The translations under genes were made by a program, and so were the position numbers. A DNA stretch of 64,000 bases, from contig CAVYKI010000009.1 of assembly GCA_963769025.1 (NCBI GenBank), positions 256,001-320,000 of the forward strand. Direction: 5' to 3'. The notes below the pieces were generated by a model that saw nothing but the letters and a program-made list of their open reading frames with translations, was not told where the DNA came from and ran no database searches. The DNA comes from an uncultured Verrucomicrobiae bacterium. GTDB lineage: Bacteria; Verrucomicrobiota; Verrucomicrobiia; Chthoniobacterales; Chthoniobacteraceae. The stretch's first letter is position 1. Every line of letters begins with the position of its first letter. Of the stretch, positions 1 through 10,637 are shown piece after piece.

Positions 1-480
1 TGGACGACATCGCGGGCTTCAAAAACACCATCGCCGAGCATGATGCCCGGCTCGAAGGTGGACCTGAAAGTATTCCGCAACGGGAAGCCGGAAACGATCG
101 CCGTGACGCTCGTCGAACGTGGCGGCAATGGCGTGGCCCTCGGCACCCCTGTGCCGCCGGCCGCCGTTCCTGCCAAGGTGCCGGACGTGCTCGATGGCGT
201 GACGGTGGCCGACGTGAATGCGGAATTCCGCAAGCGCTTCTCGATCGGCGACGACGTGAATGGCGCCCTCGTGACGCAGGTAAGCCCCGACTCTGCGTGC
301 GCCGACGCGGACGTGCGGCCCGGCGACGTCATCGTGGACATCGACGGCAAAAAGGTGGCAAGCGCCGACGAAGCCGTGAAGCTCAGCGAGGACGTGAAGA
401 CAAAGTCGTCCGTCCGCCTGCGCATCAACCGCAAGGGCGCGACGCAGTTTGTCGTCGTCGAGGAGCGGAAGGAAAACTGA
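1..480 (+). CDS. HtrA/DegP-family serine protease, C-terminal PDZ region (5' part outside window)
   Basis: End of PDZ1 (PGSKVDLKVFRNGK) and PDZ2 (GALVTQVSPDS...RPGDVIVDIDG); stop at 480. Confidence 0.8.
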   Translation, partial: WTTSRASKTPSPSMMPGSKVDLKVFRNGKPETIAVTLVERGGNGVALGTPVPPAAVPAKVPDVLDGVTVADVNAEFRKRFSIGDDVNGALVTQVSPDSACADADVRPGDVIVDIDGKKVASADEAVKLSEDVKTKSSVRLRINRKGATQFVVVEERKEN

Positions 481-496
481 CACGCATCGCGCCTGC

Positions 497-536
497 AAAG
501 GCGCGCCGGCTTACACGGCCGCGCGCCTTTTCTTTT
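497..536 (+). terminator. Intrinsic terminator after htrA-like gene
   Basis: AAAGGCGCGC...GCGCGCCTTT stem followed by TCTTTT. Confidence 0.65.
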
Positions 537-575
537 CCCTCGACGAAGCGGCGTCCGCCCGCATTGTTCGGGGCG

Positions 576-2407
576 ATGTTCACTCACTTTTTCGACAAGG
601 ACGAAGCCGGCTCAGCCATCCCCACACGCGCCGAGGTGAAGGTGGGGGACACGTGGGATCTCGCGCCGCTCTACCCCTCGACAGCGGACTGGACCGCGGA
701 CTTCGCAGTGCTCCAGGGCGAGTATCCGGCCATCGCCGAATTCCGCGGGAAAATCGGCCGGTCTGCGGCCGAACTTCGTGGCATGCTGGAGTGCGACGAG
801 CGCATCAGCCGCCGCATCGAGCGCCTCGGCCAGTACGCTTCGCTGCGGGCGGCCGAGGATTCCTCCGATCCCGGCGAACCTCGCGCGCGAGGCGCAGCTC
901 CAGAATCTGCTCACGAAGGTCGGCGAGGCTGTCCTCATTCGTCGTGCCGGAGATCCAGGCCATCGACGACAAGATGTTCGCCAGTTTCCTCGCCGATCCC
1001 GTGCTCGCGGAGTGGCGGATTCACTTGGAAAGGATCCGCCGCCTCAAGCCGCATACGCTCAGCAGCGCCGAGGAGCGCCTGCTTGCGCTCGGCGCCAGCG
1101 CGATGACGGGGCACGACGAGACATTCTCGCAGCTCACAAACGTGGACATGAAATTTGGCGTGCTCACCGACGAGAAGGGAAATGAGCGCGCGCTTTCGCA
1201 GAGCAGCTTCGCGTCCTTCCTCCAAAAGCGCGACCCGGAGATCCGCAAGCGCGCCTTTCACCAGTTCTACGCGGAGTTCGCCGATCACAAATTCACCCTC
1301 GCCTCCACGCTCGCCAACTCGATCAAGGCCGACGTCTTCCGCGCACGCGCCCGCAATTATCCCGAGCGCCCGCGAGGCCGCGCTCTTCCACGACGACGTG
1401 CCGGCTTCCGTGTACGACAACCTCATCTCGACCGTTCGCGCGAACCTGCAGCCGATGTTCCGCTACTACGCGCTGCGCAAGCGCGTGCTCGGCCTCGCGG
1501 AAATCCACCAATACGACACCTACGTGCCCATCGTGGCGAGCGTGGAAAAGCACACGTCCTTCGACGAGGCCATCGAACTTTGCCTCGGCGCACTGAAGCC
1601 GCTCGGCGACGAATACCTCGGGGTGCTCGCCGCCGGCATGAAGCAGCAGCGCTGGTGCGACCGTTACGAGAGCAAGGGCAAGCGCAGCGGCGCGTTCAGC
1701 AGCGGCAGCTACGGCAACCCGCCGTACATCCTCATGAACTACAAGGACGACGTCTTCGCCGATGTCTTCACGCTCGCGCACGAGGCCGGGCACTCGATGC
1801 ACACGTGGCATGCGAACGGCGCGCAGCGCTGGCAGGACGCGAACTACCCGATCTTCCTCGCGGAGGTCGCGAGCACGTTCAACGAGGAGCTGCTCACGCA
1901 TCATCTCCTCGGAGCAGACCACCGATCGCGACGATGCGCGCCTACCTCATCAACCGGCAGCTCGATGACATCCGCGGCACGGTGTACCGGCAGACGATGT
2001 TTGCGGAGTTCGAAAAGATCACCCACGCGATGGAGGAGGCCGGCGAACCCGTGACGCTCGACACGATTCGCAAGGCATATCGCGAATTGCTCGACGTGTA
2101 CTTCGGCCCGGACTTCGTCATCGACGACGAACTCGAACTCGAATGCCTGCGCATCCCGCATTTCTACAATGCGTTCTACGTCTATAAATACGCCACCGGC
2201 CTGAGCGCCGCTGTCGCGCTCAGCGAGCAGGTGCTCACGACCGGCGACGCCACGCGCTACCTCGGCTTTCTGCGGAGCGGCGGCTCGGAATTCCCGATCC
2301 CCACGCTGCGCAAGGCCGGCGTGGACATGTCCTCGCCTGCGCCTGTCGAGGCGACGCTGCAACTTTTCGCGCGCCGCGTGGAGGAACTCGAGTCCCTGCT
2401 CGCGTAG
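576..2407 (+). CDS. pepF: Oligoendopeptidase F (peptidase M3B), several apparent frameshifts
   Basis: TWDLAPLY N-terminus, GKRSGAFSSG, PYILMNY, zinc motif HEAGHSMH, AEVAST, RIPHFY..FYVYKYATG, spread over ORFs 297-1106, 778-1185, 449-2407 and 1155-2054. Confidence 0.9.
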
Positions 2408-2462
2408 AAATGAAGGCTTGCCAGCCGGAAAGGGCCGCATCTTTTTTCAAGACGACAAATCC

Positions 2463-2960
2463 GTGACACCCGAGATCGACATCGCCCACAAGCGCCTGCT
2501 CCTGGCAGCACAGGGCTACAGCGAGTTGGGGCTCCCCGAACTCGCCCTCGATGAACTGAATCTCCTCCCCGAGGACATCCGTGGAAGCGCGCTCGGGGTC
2601 GAATCCCGGCTCTCCGTCCTCATGCAGGCCCGGCGCTGGAAACGCGCGCTGAGCGTGGGGCGCGAGCTTTGCCGCCTCGCGCCGGACAGGACGGCGGGCT
2701 TCATCCACACTGCGTTCTGCCTCCACGAGCTGGGCAAGAGCCGCGAGGCGCTGGAAGTCCTGAACAGCGGTCCGGCGGCGCTGAAAGCCGAGCCGACCTA
2801 CCACTACAATCTCGCATGCTACGAGGCCGCGCTCGGCAACATCGAGCAGGCGCGTGCGCACCTGAACGTGAGCTTCGCGATGGACAAGTCGCTGAAGGAC
2901 TACGCGCGCACCGACCCGGACCTGAAGCCGCTCGCGCTGTCGGAAGGCAAGGGGAACTGA
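2463..2960 (+). CDS. TPR-repeat protein
   Basis: AQGYSELG, HYNLACYEAALG TPR signature and C-terminal ARTDPDL (TPR-end type); GTG start at 2463 assumed. Confidence 0.75.
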   Translation: MTPEIDIAHKRLLLAAQGYSELGLPELALDELNLLPEDIRGSALGVESRLSVLMQARRWKRALSVGRELCRLAPDRTAGFIHTAFCLHELGKSREALEVLNSGPAALKAEPTYHYNLACYEAALGNIEQARAHLNVSFAMDKSLKDYARTDPDLKPLALSEGKGN

Positions 2961-3051
2961 CGGCAGGGGCTGCCGCCGGAACGCCCGCGCAAATGCGCCC
3001 GCGATAAGATCTGTGCGTCCTCGGCGGGGCCGCCCTACCATCGCACAACGC

Positions 3052-4182
3052 ATGGACACCGACCGCATCTCCGCGCTCTTTCACGAAAACTTCGCACTGC
3101 ACGGCGACCTCGGCGCCTCGCTCAGCGTGTGGCGCGACGGCCGCGAGGTGATCGCGCTCGCCGGCGGCTGGCGCGACCGCGAGAAAACCGTGCCGTGGAC
3201 GACCGCCACGCCGGTGCTCGTGTGGAGCGCCACGAAAGGCCCCGCCGCCGCGTGCGTCCTGCATGCGATGCAGGAGCACGGCATCACGCCCGCCGTCCGC
3301 GTCGCGGAAGTGTGGCCAGAATTTGCCGCGCAGGGCAAAGGCGCGATCACCTTCGGCCAGGCGCTCTCGCATCAGTCCGGCGTCCCGGCGCTCGAACGGC
3401 TCGTGCCCGTGCTCGACCACGCCGCCGTCGCGCAGGCCATCGCGGAACAGGCGCCGTATTGGGATCCGGGGACCGCTCACGGTTACGGTCCGCGGCTCTT
3501 CGGCTACCTCCTCGATGAACTCGTGCGCCGCCTCGACGGCCGGACGCTCGGCGAATATTGGCGCGCCGAGTTCGCCGAACCGCTCCGCCTGGATTTCTGG
3601 ATGGGCGTTCCCGAGGACACCGTCGCGCATGTCGCGCCCATCTTCCCGCCGAAGGCCGCGCCGCCGAAGGACCGCTTCTACACCGCATTTGTCACACCCG
3701 GCTCGCTCACGCTCCGCGCATTCGGCTCGCCCGAGGGACTCAAAAGCGTCGCCGCCATGAATGCCCCCGGGGGCCGCCGCGCCTCGCTCCCCGGCTTTGG
3801 CGGAATCGGCACCGCCGCCGCGCTCGCGAAATTCTACGCCATGCTCGCAGCCGGCGGCACGCTCGATGGACGCACGTTTTTCCAGCCGCAGACCCTCGCG
3901 TGGATGCACACCACGCTCGCCCAGGGCGACGACCGCGTGCTGCTCATCGATACCGCATTCTCCGCCGGCTTCATGCGCGACCCCGTTTCGTTCGCCGGGG
4001 AAAAGCAGCGCGCCATCTTCGGTCCGTCGCCATCCGCATTCGGCCATCCCGGCGCCGGCGGCAGCCACGCCTTCGCCGACCCGGAGCACCGCATCGCCTT
4101 CGCCTACGCGATGAACCAGATGGAACCTGGCGTCCTCCCTGGCCCGAAGGCGCTACGGCTCATCGAGGCGATCTACGACTGA
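3052..4182 (+). CDS. Serine hydrolase, beta-lactamase class C/esterase family
   Basis: SxxK (WSATK), LSHQSG, HGY, FGHPGAGGS motifs. Confidence 0.88.
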   Translation: MDTDRISALFHENFALHGDLGASLSVWRDGREVIALAGGWRDREKTVPWTTATPVLVWSATKGPAAACVLHAMQEHGITPAVRVAEVWPEFAAQGKGAITFGQALSHQSGVPALERLVPVLDHAAVAQAIAEQAPYWDPGTAHGYGPRLFGYLLDELVRRLDGRTLGEYWRAEFAEPLRLDFWMGVPEDTVAHVAPIFPPKAAPPKDRFYTAFVTPGSLTLRAFGSPEGLKSVAAMNAPGGRRASLPGFGGIGTAAALAKFYAMLAAGGTLDGRTFFQPQTLAWMHTTLAQGDDRVLLIDTAFSAGFMRDPVSFAGEKQRAIFGPSPSAFGHPGAGGSHAFADPEHRIAFAYAMNQMEPGVLPGPKALRLIEAIYD

Positions 4183-4332
4183 AATTTCTGGCCGGCACGG
4201 CATTCAATGTGGGGCTCGATCAAATGCTCATCGTGGCAACCATAGACAGGGGCCGCAGCGGCTTCTGTCCAGAGGACGCGGACCACTCAGATCGGGCCTG
4301 CAAAATGCCCCGCGCAGTGATTGTCCCTAAAC

Positions 4333-5589
4333 ATGCGTACCCTCCCCCAACAAATGGTCGCCCTTGTGGCACTCGTTACCACCGTCAGTGCCGCCGACTG
4401 GCCGCAGTTTCGCGGGCCCGGAGGTTCCGCTACAAGCGCCGACACGGGCACTCCGGTCACTTGGTCCGGCACTGAAGGCATCGCTTGGAAAACCGCGCTG
4501 CCCGGCGCAGGCACATCGAGCCCGATTCTTGTGGGCTCACGCATTTTTCTCACCGCCTACACCGGCTTCAATGTTCCCGGCGAGCCCGACGGATCGCAGG
4601 AGACTCTCAGGCGGCACGTCCTTTGCCTGAACCGGGCCGATGGCAAGATCCTGTGGAAGACCGATGTCCCGTCAAAACTTCCCGAGGAAAACAAGATCCG
4701 CGACGGCCATGGCTACGCTTCGAGCACGCCGGTCAGCGACGGGCAGAGCGTGTTTGTGTTCTTCGGGAAGTCCGGTGTGTTCTCGCTGGATCTCGCCGGG
4801 AAGATCCAATGGCACGCGGAAGTCGGCGACGGTCTGAACGGCTGGGGCTCCGCAGCGTCACCTATCCTCCACGGCAATCTGGTCATCATCAATGCGAGCG
4901 TCGAGAGCGGGTCGCTGATCGCCCTCGACAAGAGGACCGGCAAGGAGGTCTGGCGTGCCGGCGGGATCAAGGAATCATGGAACACGCCGGTGCTCGCCAC
5001 GACTCCTGACGGCAAGACCGAACTCGTCGTCGCAATCTTCGGCAAGGTCCTCGGCTTCGATCCTGACAAGGGCACGCAACTCTGGTCCTGCGAGACGCAA
5101 ATTCCGTGGTACATGGTCCCCAGCATCGTGGCCGAAAAGGGTGTCGTCTATTGCATCGGCGGACGCAGCGGCGGCGGCGCGCTCGCGGTCCGGACCGGAG
5201 GGCGCGGCGACGTGAGCGGATCGCACCGCCTGTGGGTCGGGAAGAAGGGGTCCAACGTCTCCTCACCAGTCGTCCATGCCGGCCATCTCTATTGGGCGAA
5301 CGACAGCCTTCCGGTTGTCAGTTGCGCCAGTGCCGCCACCGGTGAAGTGCTCTACTCGGAACGGGTACCCGGCGCCGATCAGTTTTACCCGTCGCCTGTG
5401 CTCGCCGATGGAAAGCTCTACTACCTCACCCGCGGCGGGCAGGTGTTCGTGGTTGCGGCGAAGCCGGCTTTCGAACTGCTGGCCACCAATAAATTCGGCG
5501 AACGCGCAATGTTCAACTCTTCTCCCGTCGTCGCAGATCGCCGCGTCTTCGTCCGCTCCGACCGATGGCTCTACTGTGTGGGAAAATAG
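4333..5589 (+). CDS. Secreted PQQ-binding-like beta-propeller (BamB-like) protein
   Basis: Signal peptide then ADWPQFRGP; repeated SSP/STP and LD..TG..W blade motifs. Confidence 0.85.
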   Translation: MRTLPQQMVALVALVTTVSAADWPQFRGPGGSATSADTGTPVTWSGTEGIAWKTALPGAGTSSPILVGSRIFLTAYTGFNVPGEPDGSQETLRRHVLCLNRADGKILWKTDVPSKLPEENKIRDGHGYASSTPVSDGQSVFVFFGKSGVFSLDLAGKIQWHAEVGDGLNGWGSAASPILHGNLVIINASVESGSLIALDKRTGKEVWRAGGIKESWNTPVLATTPDGKTELVVAIFGKVLGFDPDKGTQLWSCETQIPWYMVPSIVAEKGVVYCIGGRSGGGALAVRTGGRGDVSGSHRLWVGKKGSNVSSPVVHAGHLYWANDSLPVVSCASAATGEVLYSERVPGADQFYPSPVLADGKLYYLTRGGQVFVVAAKPAFELLATNKFGERAMFNSSPVVADRRVFVRSDRWLYCVGK

Positions 5590-5613
5590 CGCATCCCGTT
5601 TGCAGGATGCGCT
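5588..5613 (+). terminator. Hairpin at end of beta-propeller gene (possible terminator)
   Basis: AGCGCATCC-cgtttgca-GGATGCGCT perfect 9-bp inverted repeat; weak U tract. Confidence 0.4.
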
Positions 5614-5854
5614 GTTCGCTCAGCAGGCGATAGACGCGGGTCCGGTGTCAGTCCGCCATTGCGTGCGGCTTGCGAGGCATTCTCCCAAGTTCGCGCAAAT
5701 CTGTTTTGCCTCCCTTCTTTTCCAATCCGGGTGGACTTGAAGCGACGTTTCCATTGTTCGCTACCCGAGTCCCACGTCGAGAACGCGCAGCAAGAAAGAA
5801 GGGCTTGCCGGGTTGCTTGTGAATGGATGCCGCAGGGCATCACATCCATCCGTT

Positions 5855-6484
5855 TCAACGCCGTTCCTCTGTGCCGCGTTTCACCCTGAGTCCGCCCTCC
5901 GTTTCAGGCCGGAACGGACGCAGGGGTTCGAGTCCACTCCCCGGTACTTCCGACGACGCAGCGATGGCGATGGGAGTGGGAGTCTGGCTGTCGGACGCGA
6001 CGAGCCTGTCGAGGTCCTTCACCATGCGCCGGACGTGCGGATATTTGGTACGCTTGCTGAGCACGGCGAGGGATTTGCGGTCGTCACCCCACTCGAGAAT
6101 CTGGATGTTCACGGTGCGCACGCCCCACGCGTTCATGGCGCGGCGCGTGGGCTTGTAGAGATCGATCGTGTTGCGGCCCGAAAGCGCCCAGCCGATGTCG
6201 TCCACTTTGCAAGTCTCGCCGGTGTCGAGGATCCGGAACGTGGTGCCGAGCGGCCAGCGCGACCAGTCGGCGGCTGCGCTGCGGACGGCGCCGTAAGAGA
6301 GCGTGGTGCCGATGCAGGTCTTGCACCCGTGCTGCAGGTGATCGCTTTCGCTGTGCGTGTAGGCGGTCGTGCGGACGCGCTGGAATTGCGTGCGCGCGAT
6401 GGGCTTTTCGTAGGGGGGCAGCGAGCGTCCGCAGGAGGCGAAGACCATGGCGGCTGCTGCCAGAAGGAGGAGGCGTGTCGGCAT
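5855..6484 (-). CDS. 3D (Asp-Asp-Asp) domain lipoprotein
   Basis: Lipobox FASC; RTTAY, AADWSRWPLGT, VDDIG, IDLY motifs of the 3D/MltA-like domain. Confidence 0.8.
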   Translation of the reverse strand: MPTRLLLLAAAAMVFASCGRSLPPYEKPIARTQFQRVRTTAYTHSESDHLQHGCKTCIGTTLSYGAVRSAAADWSRWPLGTTFRILDTGETCKVDDIGWALSGRNTIDLYKPTRRAMNAWGVRTVNIQILEWGDDRKSLAVLSKRTKYPHVRRMVKDLDRLVASDSQTPTPIAIAASSEVPGSGLEPLRPFRPETEGGLRVKRGTEERR

Positions 6485-6564
6485 GGACGCGTGGGTTAGC
6501 ACAAAAGCTCCGCGACGCCAACGAGACTCTCGGGCTTATTCCGCGGATGGTTTTCGGAGCGGAG

Positions 6565-9158
6565 CTATTTTGAGAATGCGATCTTCCCGTCCTTTGCGTC
6601 CGCCGTGATCGTCTGGCCCTCGCGGAAAGTGCCGGCGAGGATTTCCAGGCTGAGCGGGTCGAGGAGCTCGCGCTGGATGGCGCGCTTCAGCGGGCGCGCG
6701 CCATAGACGGGGTCGTAGCCTTCGCGGGCGAGGTGCAGCTTCGCGGCGTCGGTGAGGTCGAGCGTGAGCTTTTGCGTCGGCGAGGCGCTTGACCAGGCGC
6801 GCGAGCTGGATGCTCGACGATCTGCGCGAGGTCGTCGTCGCTGAGCCGGTCGAAGATGATCGTCTCGTCGACGCGGTTCAGGAACTCGGGGCGGAAGTGC
6901 CCGCGCAGCGCTTCCATCACGCGCGCTTCGCGCTGCTCGGCGTTTGCGTCGTCGAGGATGTACTGCGAGCCGATGTTGCTCGTCATGATGATGACCGTGT
7001 TCTTGAAATCCACCGTGCGGCCCTGGCCGTCGGTGATGCGGCCGTCGTCGAGCACCTGCAGCAGGACGTTGAAGACATCGTGGTGCGCCTTTTCGATCTC
7101 GTCGAAGAGCACGACGCGAATACGGCTTGCGGCGCACGGCTTCGGTGAGCTGGCCGCCTTCCTCGAAGCCGACGTAGCCGGGAGGCGCGCCGATGAGCCG
7201 CGCGACGCTGTGCTTCTCCATGTATTCGCTCATGTCGATGCGGATCATGGCGTTCTCGTCGTCGAAGAGGAACTCCGCGAGCGCGCGTGCGAGCTCGGTT
7301 TTGCCGACGCCGGTCGGGCCGAGGAAAATGAAGGAGCCGATGGGACGGTTCTCGTCCTGCAAGCCGGCGCGCGCGCGGCGCACGGCATTGCGACACGGCG
7401 GTGATCGCCTGCTTCTGGCCGATGACGCGCTCGCCGAGGCGCTCCTCCATCTTGACGAGCTTCTCGCGCTCGCCCTCGCGGAGATTCGAGACGGGGATGC
7501 CGGTCCACGCGGCGACGACCTTGGCGATGTCCTCCTCGGTGACTTCCTCCTTGCAGCATGGTGTCGCCGCTTCGCTGCGATCTCGGCGAGCTTGGCGTTG
7601 TGCGCGTCGAGCTTGCTGCTGCAGCTCGGGGATGCGGCCGTATTGAATCTCGCTCGCCTCGGCCGAGGTCGCCGCGGCGCTGCGCCTGCTCGAGTTCGGT
7701 GCGCAGCTGCTCGAGCTGCTCCGTCGAGCTTGCGCGGCTCGTCGATGACCGCCTTTTCCTTCTGCCACTGCGCCTTGAGCGCGGCGGACTTTTCTCCTGC
7801 AGATCGGCGAGCTCCTTTTCGAGCTTCTGCGAGGCGCTCCTTGCTCGCCGCGTCCTTCTCCTTTTTCAACGCCTGCCGCTCCATCTCGTGCTGCATGATC
7901 TCGCGCTCGAGCACGTCGATTTCCGTCGGCATGGAATCGAGTTCGATCTTCAGCCGCGACGCCGCTTCGTCCACGAGATCGACCGCCTTGTCCGGCAGAA
8001 AGCGGTCGCTGATGTAGCGGTGCGAAAGCGTCGCCGCGGCGACGAGCGCGGCGTCCTGAATGCGCACGCCGTGGTGGACTTCGTAGCGTTCCTTCAGCCC
8101 GCGCAGGATGGCGATGGTGTCCTCGACGCTCGGCTCATCGACCTTCACCGGCTGGAAGCGCCGCTCCAGCGCGGCGTCCTTTTCGATGTACTTGCGATAC
8201 TCGTCGAGCGTCGTCGCGCCGATGGTGCGCAGTTCGCCGCGCGCGAGCTGCGGCTTGAGCATGTTGCCCGCATCCACCGCGCCCTCGCTCGCGCCCGCGC
8301 CGACGATGGTGTGCAGCTCGTCGATGAAGAGAATGATCTCGCCCTGCGAGTCGGTGACTTCCTTGAGGAACGCCTTGAGCCGATCCTCGAATTCGCCGCG
8401 GAACTTCGCGCCGGCGATCATCGCGCCGATGTCCATCGCGATGAGCTTCTTGTTCTTCAGCGACTCCGGCACGTCGCCCGCGACGATGCGCCGCGCGAGC
8501 CCCTCGACGATCGCCGTCTTGCCCACGCCCGGCTCGCCGATGAGCACCGGATTGTTTTTCGTGCGGCGCGAGAGCACCTGCATCATGCGGCGGATTTCGT
8601 CGTCGCGCCCGATGACCGGATCGATCTTCCCCTTCCGCGCGAGCGTCGGTGAGGTCGCGCCCGTATTTCTCCAGCGTCTGGTATTTGCCCTCGGGATTCT
8701 GGTCCGTCACGCGCTGCGAACCGCGCACCTGCTGGAGCGCCTGCATGAGCTTTGTCGCGCGTGACGCCGGCGTCTTGCAGCAGCTTGCCGCGCGGCGACG
8801 CCGCTGTCGGCCAGCGCGAGGAGGTAGTGCTCCGCGCTCAGGTATTCGTCCTTCAGCTTCGCCATCTCCTTCTCCGCCTGCCGCAGAATCGCCAGCAGCT
8901 CGGCGGCGAGATTCGTCTGGGCCGTCATGCCCGTGCGCCTGCGCGCGTTTTGCAATCGCCGCCTCAAGCTGCGCCTGCACGTTCGCCACGTTGATGCCCG
9001 ATCTTTTCAAACAGCGGACGCGTGACGCCCTCTGGCTGCTCCAGCAGCGCGAGGAGGAAATGCTCGTTGTCGAATTCCGTGTGGTTGCGATTCGCCGCGA
9101 GTGACTGCGCGGCCTGCAGGGCCTCCTGCATGCGTTGGGTGAAACGATCGGTTCTCAT
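6565..9158 (-). CDS. clpB: ATP-dependent chaperone ClpB, several apparent frameshifts
   Basis: MRTDRFT N-domain; [22 protein letters not shown]; coiled-coil M domain; [40 protein letters not shown]. Confidence 0.95.
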
Positions 9159-9330
9159 GGGAGTTGGGAAAGTGTGACTCAGGCCTGCGCAGGATGCATT
9201 CCCGAACTTGTCCAGAGACGGGCGTGGATTGCCTGCGCCGGGCTGGCACGGCCAGTCACGTCATTGGCGCACCTGCGCAGGCGAAATGGCGCATCGTCGG
9301 AGTGCCACCGCACCCGGTGTCACGGGCGGA

Positions 9331-10499
9331 TTACACCTTCACCCACGTCCGCTTCGCGTGGCTCTTGAGGATGGCCTCGCACAGCTTCACTTCCTCGTGG
9401 CCGTCCTGCGCGGTGGCGAAGAGGGCGGGGGACTTGCCGCGGCTGGCGATGTGCTCGTAGATCGCAGCGGTAGTGCATCTTGTGCGAGTCGGGGAAACCC
9501 TCGGCGTGGCCGCCGGGGTAGTCGGTGAAATGCGCGATGTCCTTGTCGAAACCGGGAGCGCAGCGCTGCCGGATTTCGTTCGGCGTGTCGCGACGGCCGA
9601 TGTGGAGGACGTTCGGGTCCTGCAATTCCCAGCGCACGCTGCCCTCGCGTGCCGTAGATGCCGATGGCGAGGCTGCATTTCCACCCGGCGGCGACCTGCG
9701 AGATGCTCGCATTCGCGTGGACGCCGTCGGCGTTGCCGTGCGCGGATTTTCCGAACTGCAGCAGCACGCTGGCGAAATCCTCGGTGTCCACCTTGTAGCT
9801 CACCATGTCCTTCGGGTTCACCTTCGCAAAGGTCTTCACCTCGCCGCGCGGGCGCTTGCGGGTCTTGTGGAAAGTTTCGAGCATCGCGAAGACGGCGTCC
9901 GGCTTTGCGCCGAGGACGAAGGACACGGCGTCCATCCAGTGCGTGCCGATGTCGCCGACGGCGCGCAGCTTTCCGCCCTCGCTGGCGAGCAGGCGCCAGT
10001 TGTAGTCGGTCTCCTTCAGCAGCCAGTCCTGGAAAAAGTGGCCCTGCACGTGGATGATTTTCCCGAGGTCGCCGCGCTCGATCATCTTCCGCATTTGCAG
10101 CACTGCGGGGAAGAAGCGGCAGTTGTAGTTCACGGCGAAGACGCGGTCGCTTTTCGCCGCGGCCTTCACGACGCGCGCGGTGTCGGCGGTGTTCATGCCG
10201 AGCGGCTTTTCGCAGACGACGTGCTTGCCCGCCGCGAGCGCCGCGAGCGACTGCTCCACGTGCGCCTTGTTCGGCGAGGTGATGTGGACGACGTCGATGT
10301 TCGGCGACGCATACATCGCCTCGTAGTCGTAGCTGCCGTACACCTCCGGCACTCCCCACTTTTTCGCGAGCGCCAGCGCGCTGTCACGCGAGCCGCAGAG
10401 CGCGTTCACCTGCACGCCGAGCCGCTTGAGCGCCTCGAGATGGACGGGCCCGATGAAGCCGGTGCCGATGATGCCTGCGCGGAGATGGGAGAGGTTCAT
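9331..10499 (-). CDS. Gfo/Idh/MocA-family oxidoreductase, frameshifts near 9650 and 9465
   Basis: GIIGTGFIG, GKHVVCEKP, DIGTHWMD, GHAEGFPD. Confidence 0.88.
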
Positions 10500-10600
10500 G
10501 CGTTCAGTCGTAGCGCAGCACTCCCGAGCTGCGCAATCGTGCGTGCACAACAACGTCGTCATCGAACGCTCAACGCCCAAAGTGCGCATCACCGCCAGCC

Positions 10601-10629
10601 TTGCCACATTTCCGCCTCCCGCCTACACC
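10601..10629 (+). promoter_or_regulatory. Candidate sigma70-type promoter of MFS gene
   Basis: TTGCCA-17 nt-TACACC, 8 nt before ATG 10638. Confidence 0.4.
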
Positions 10630-10637
10630 GCTCGCGC

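Noticed and set aside
5614..5854. Intergenic stretches (also 4183-4332, 27787-28030) as ncRNA or small ORFs
   Set aside because: No recognisable RNA family, repeat or convincing coding pattern.
6565..9158. clpB, glyA, thiC and pepF as pseudogenes or programmed-frameshift genes
   Set aside because: Too many scattered indels with conserved flanks and no consistent slippery motif; sequencing error is simpler.
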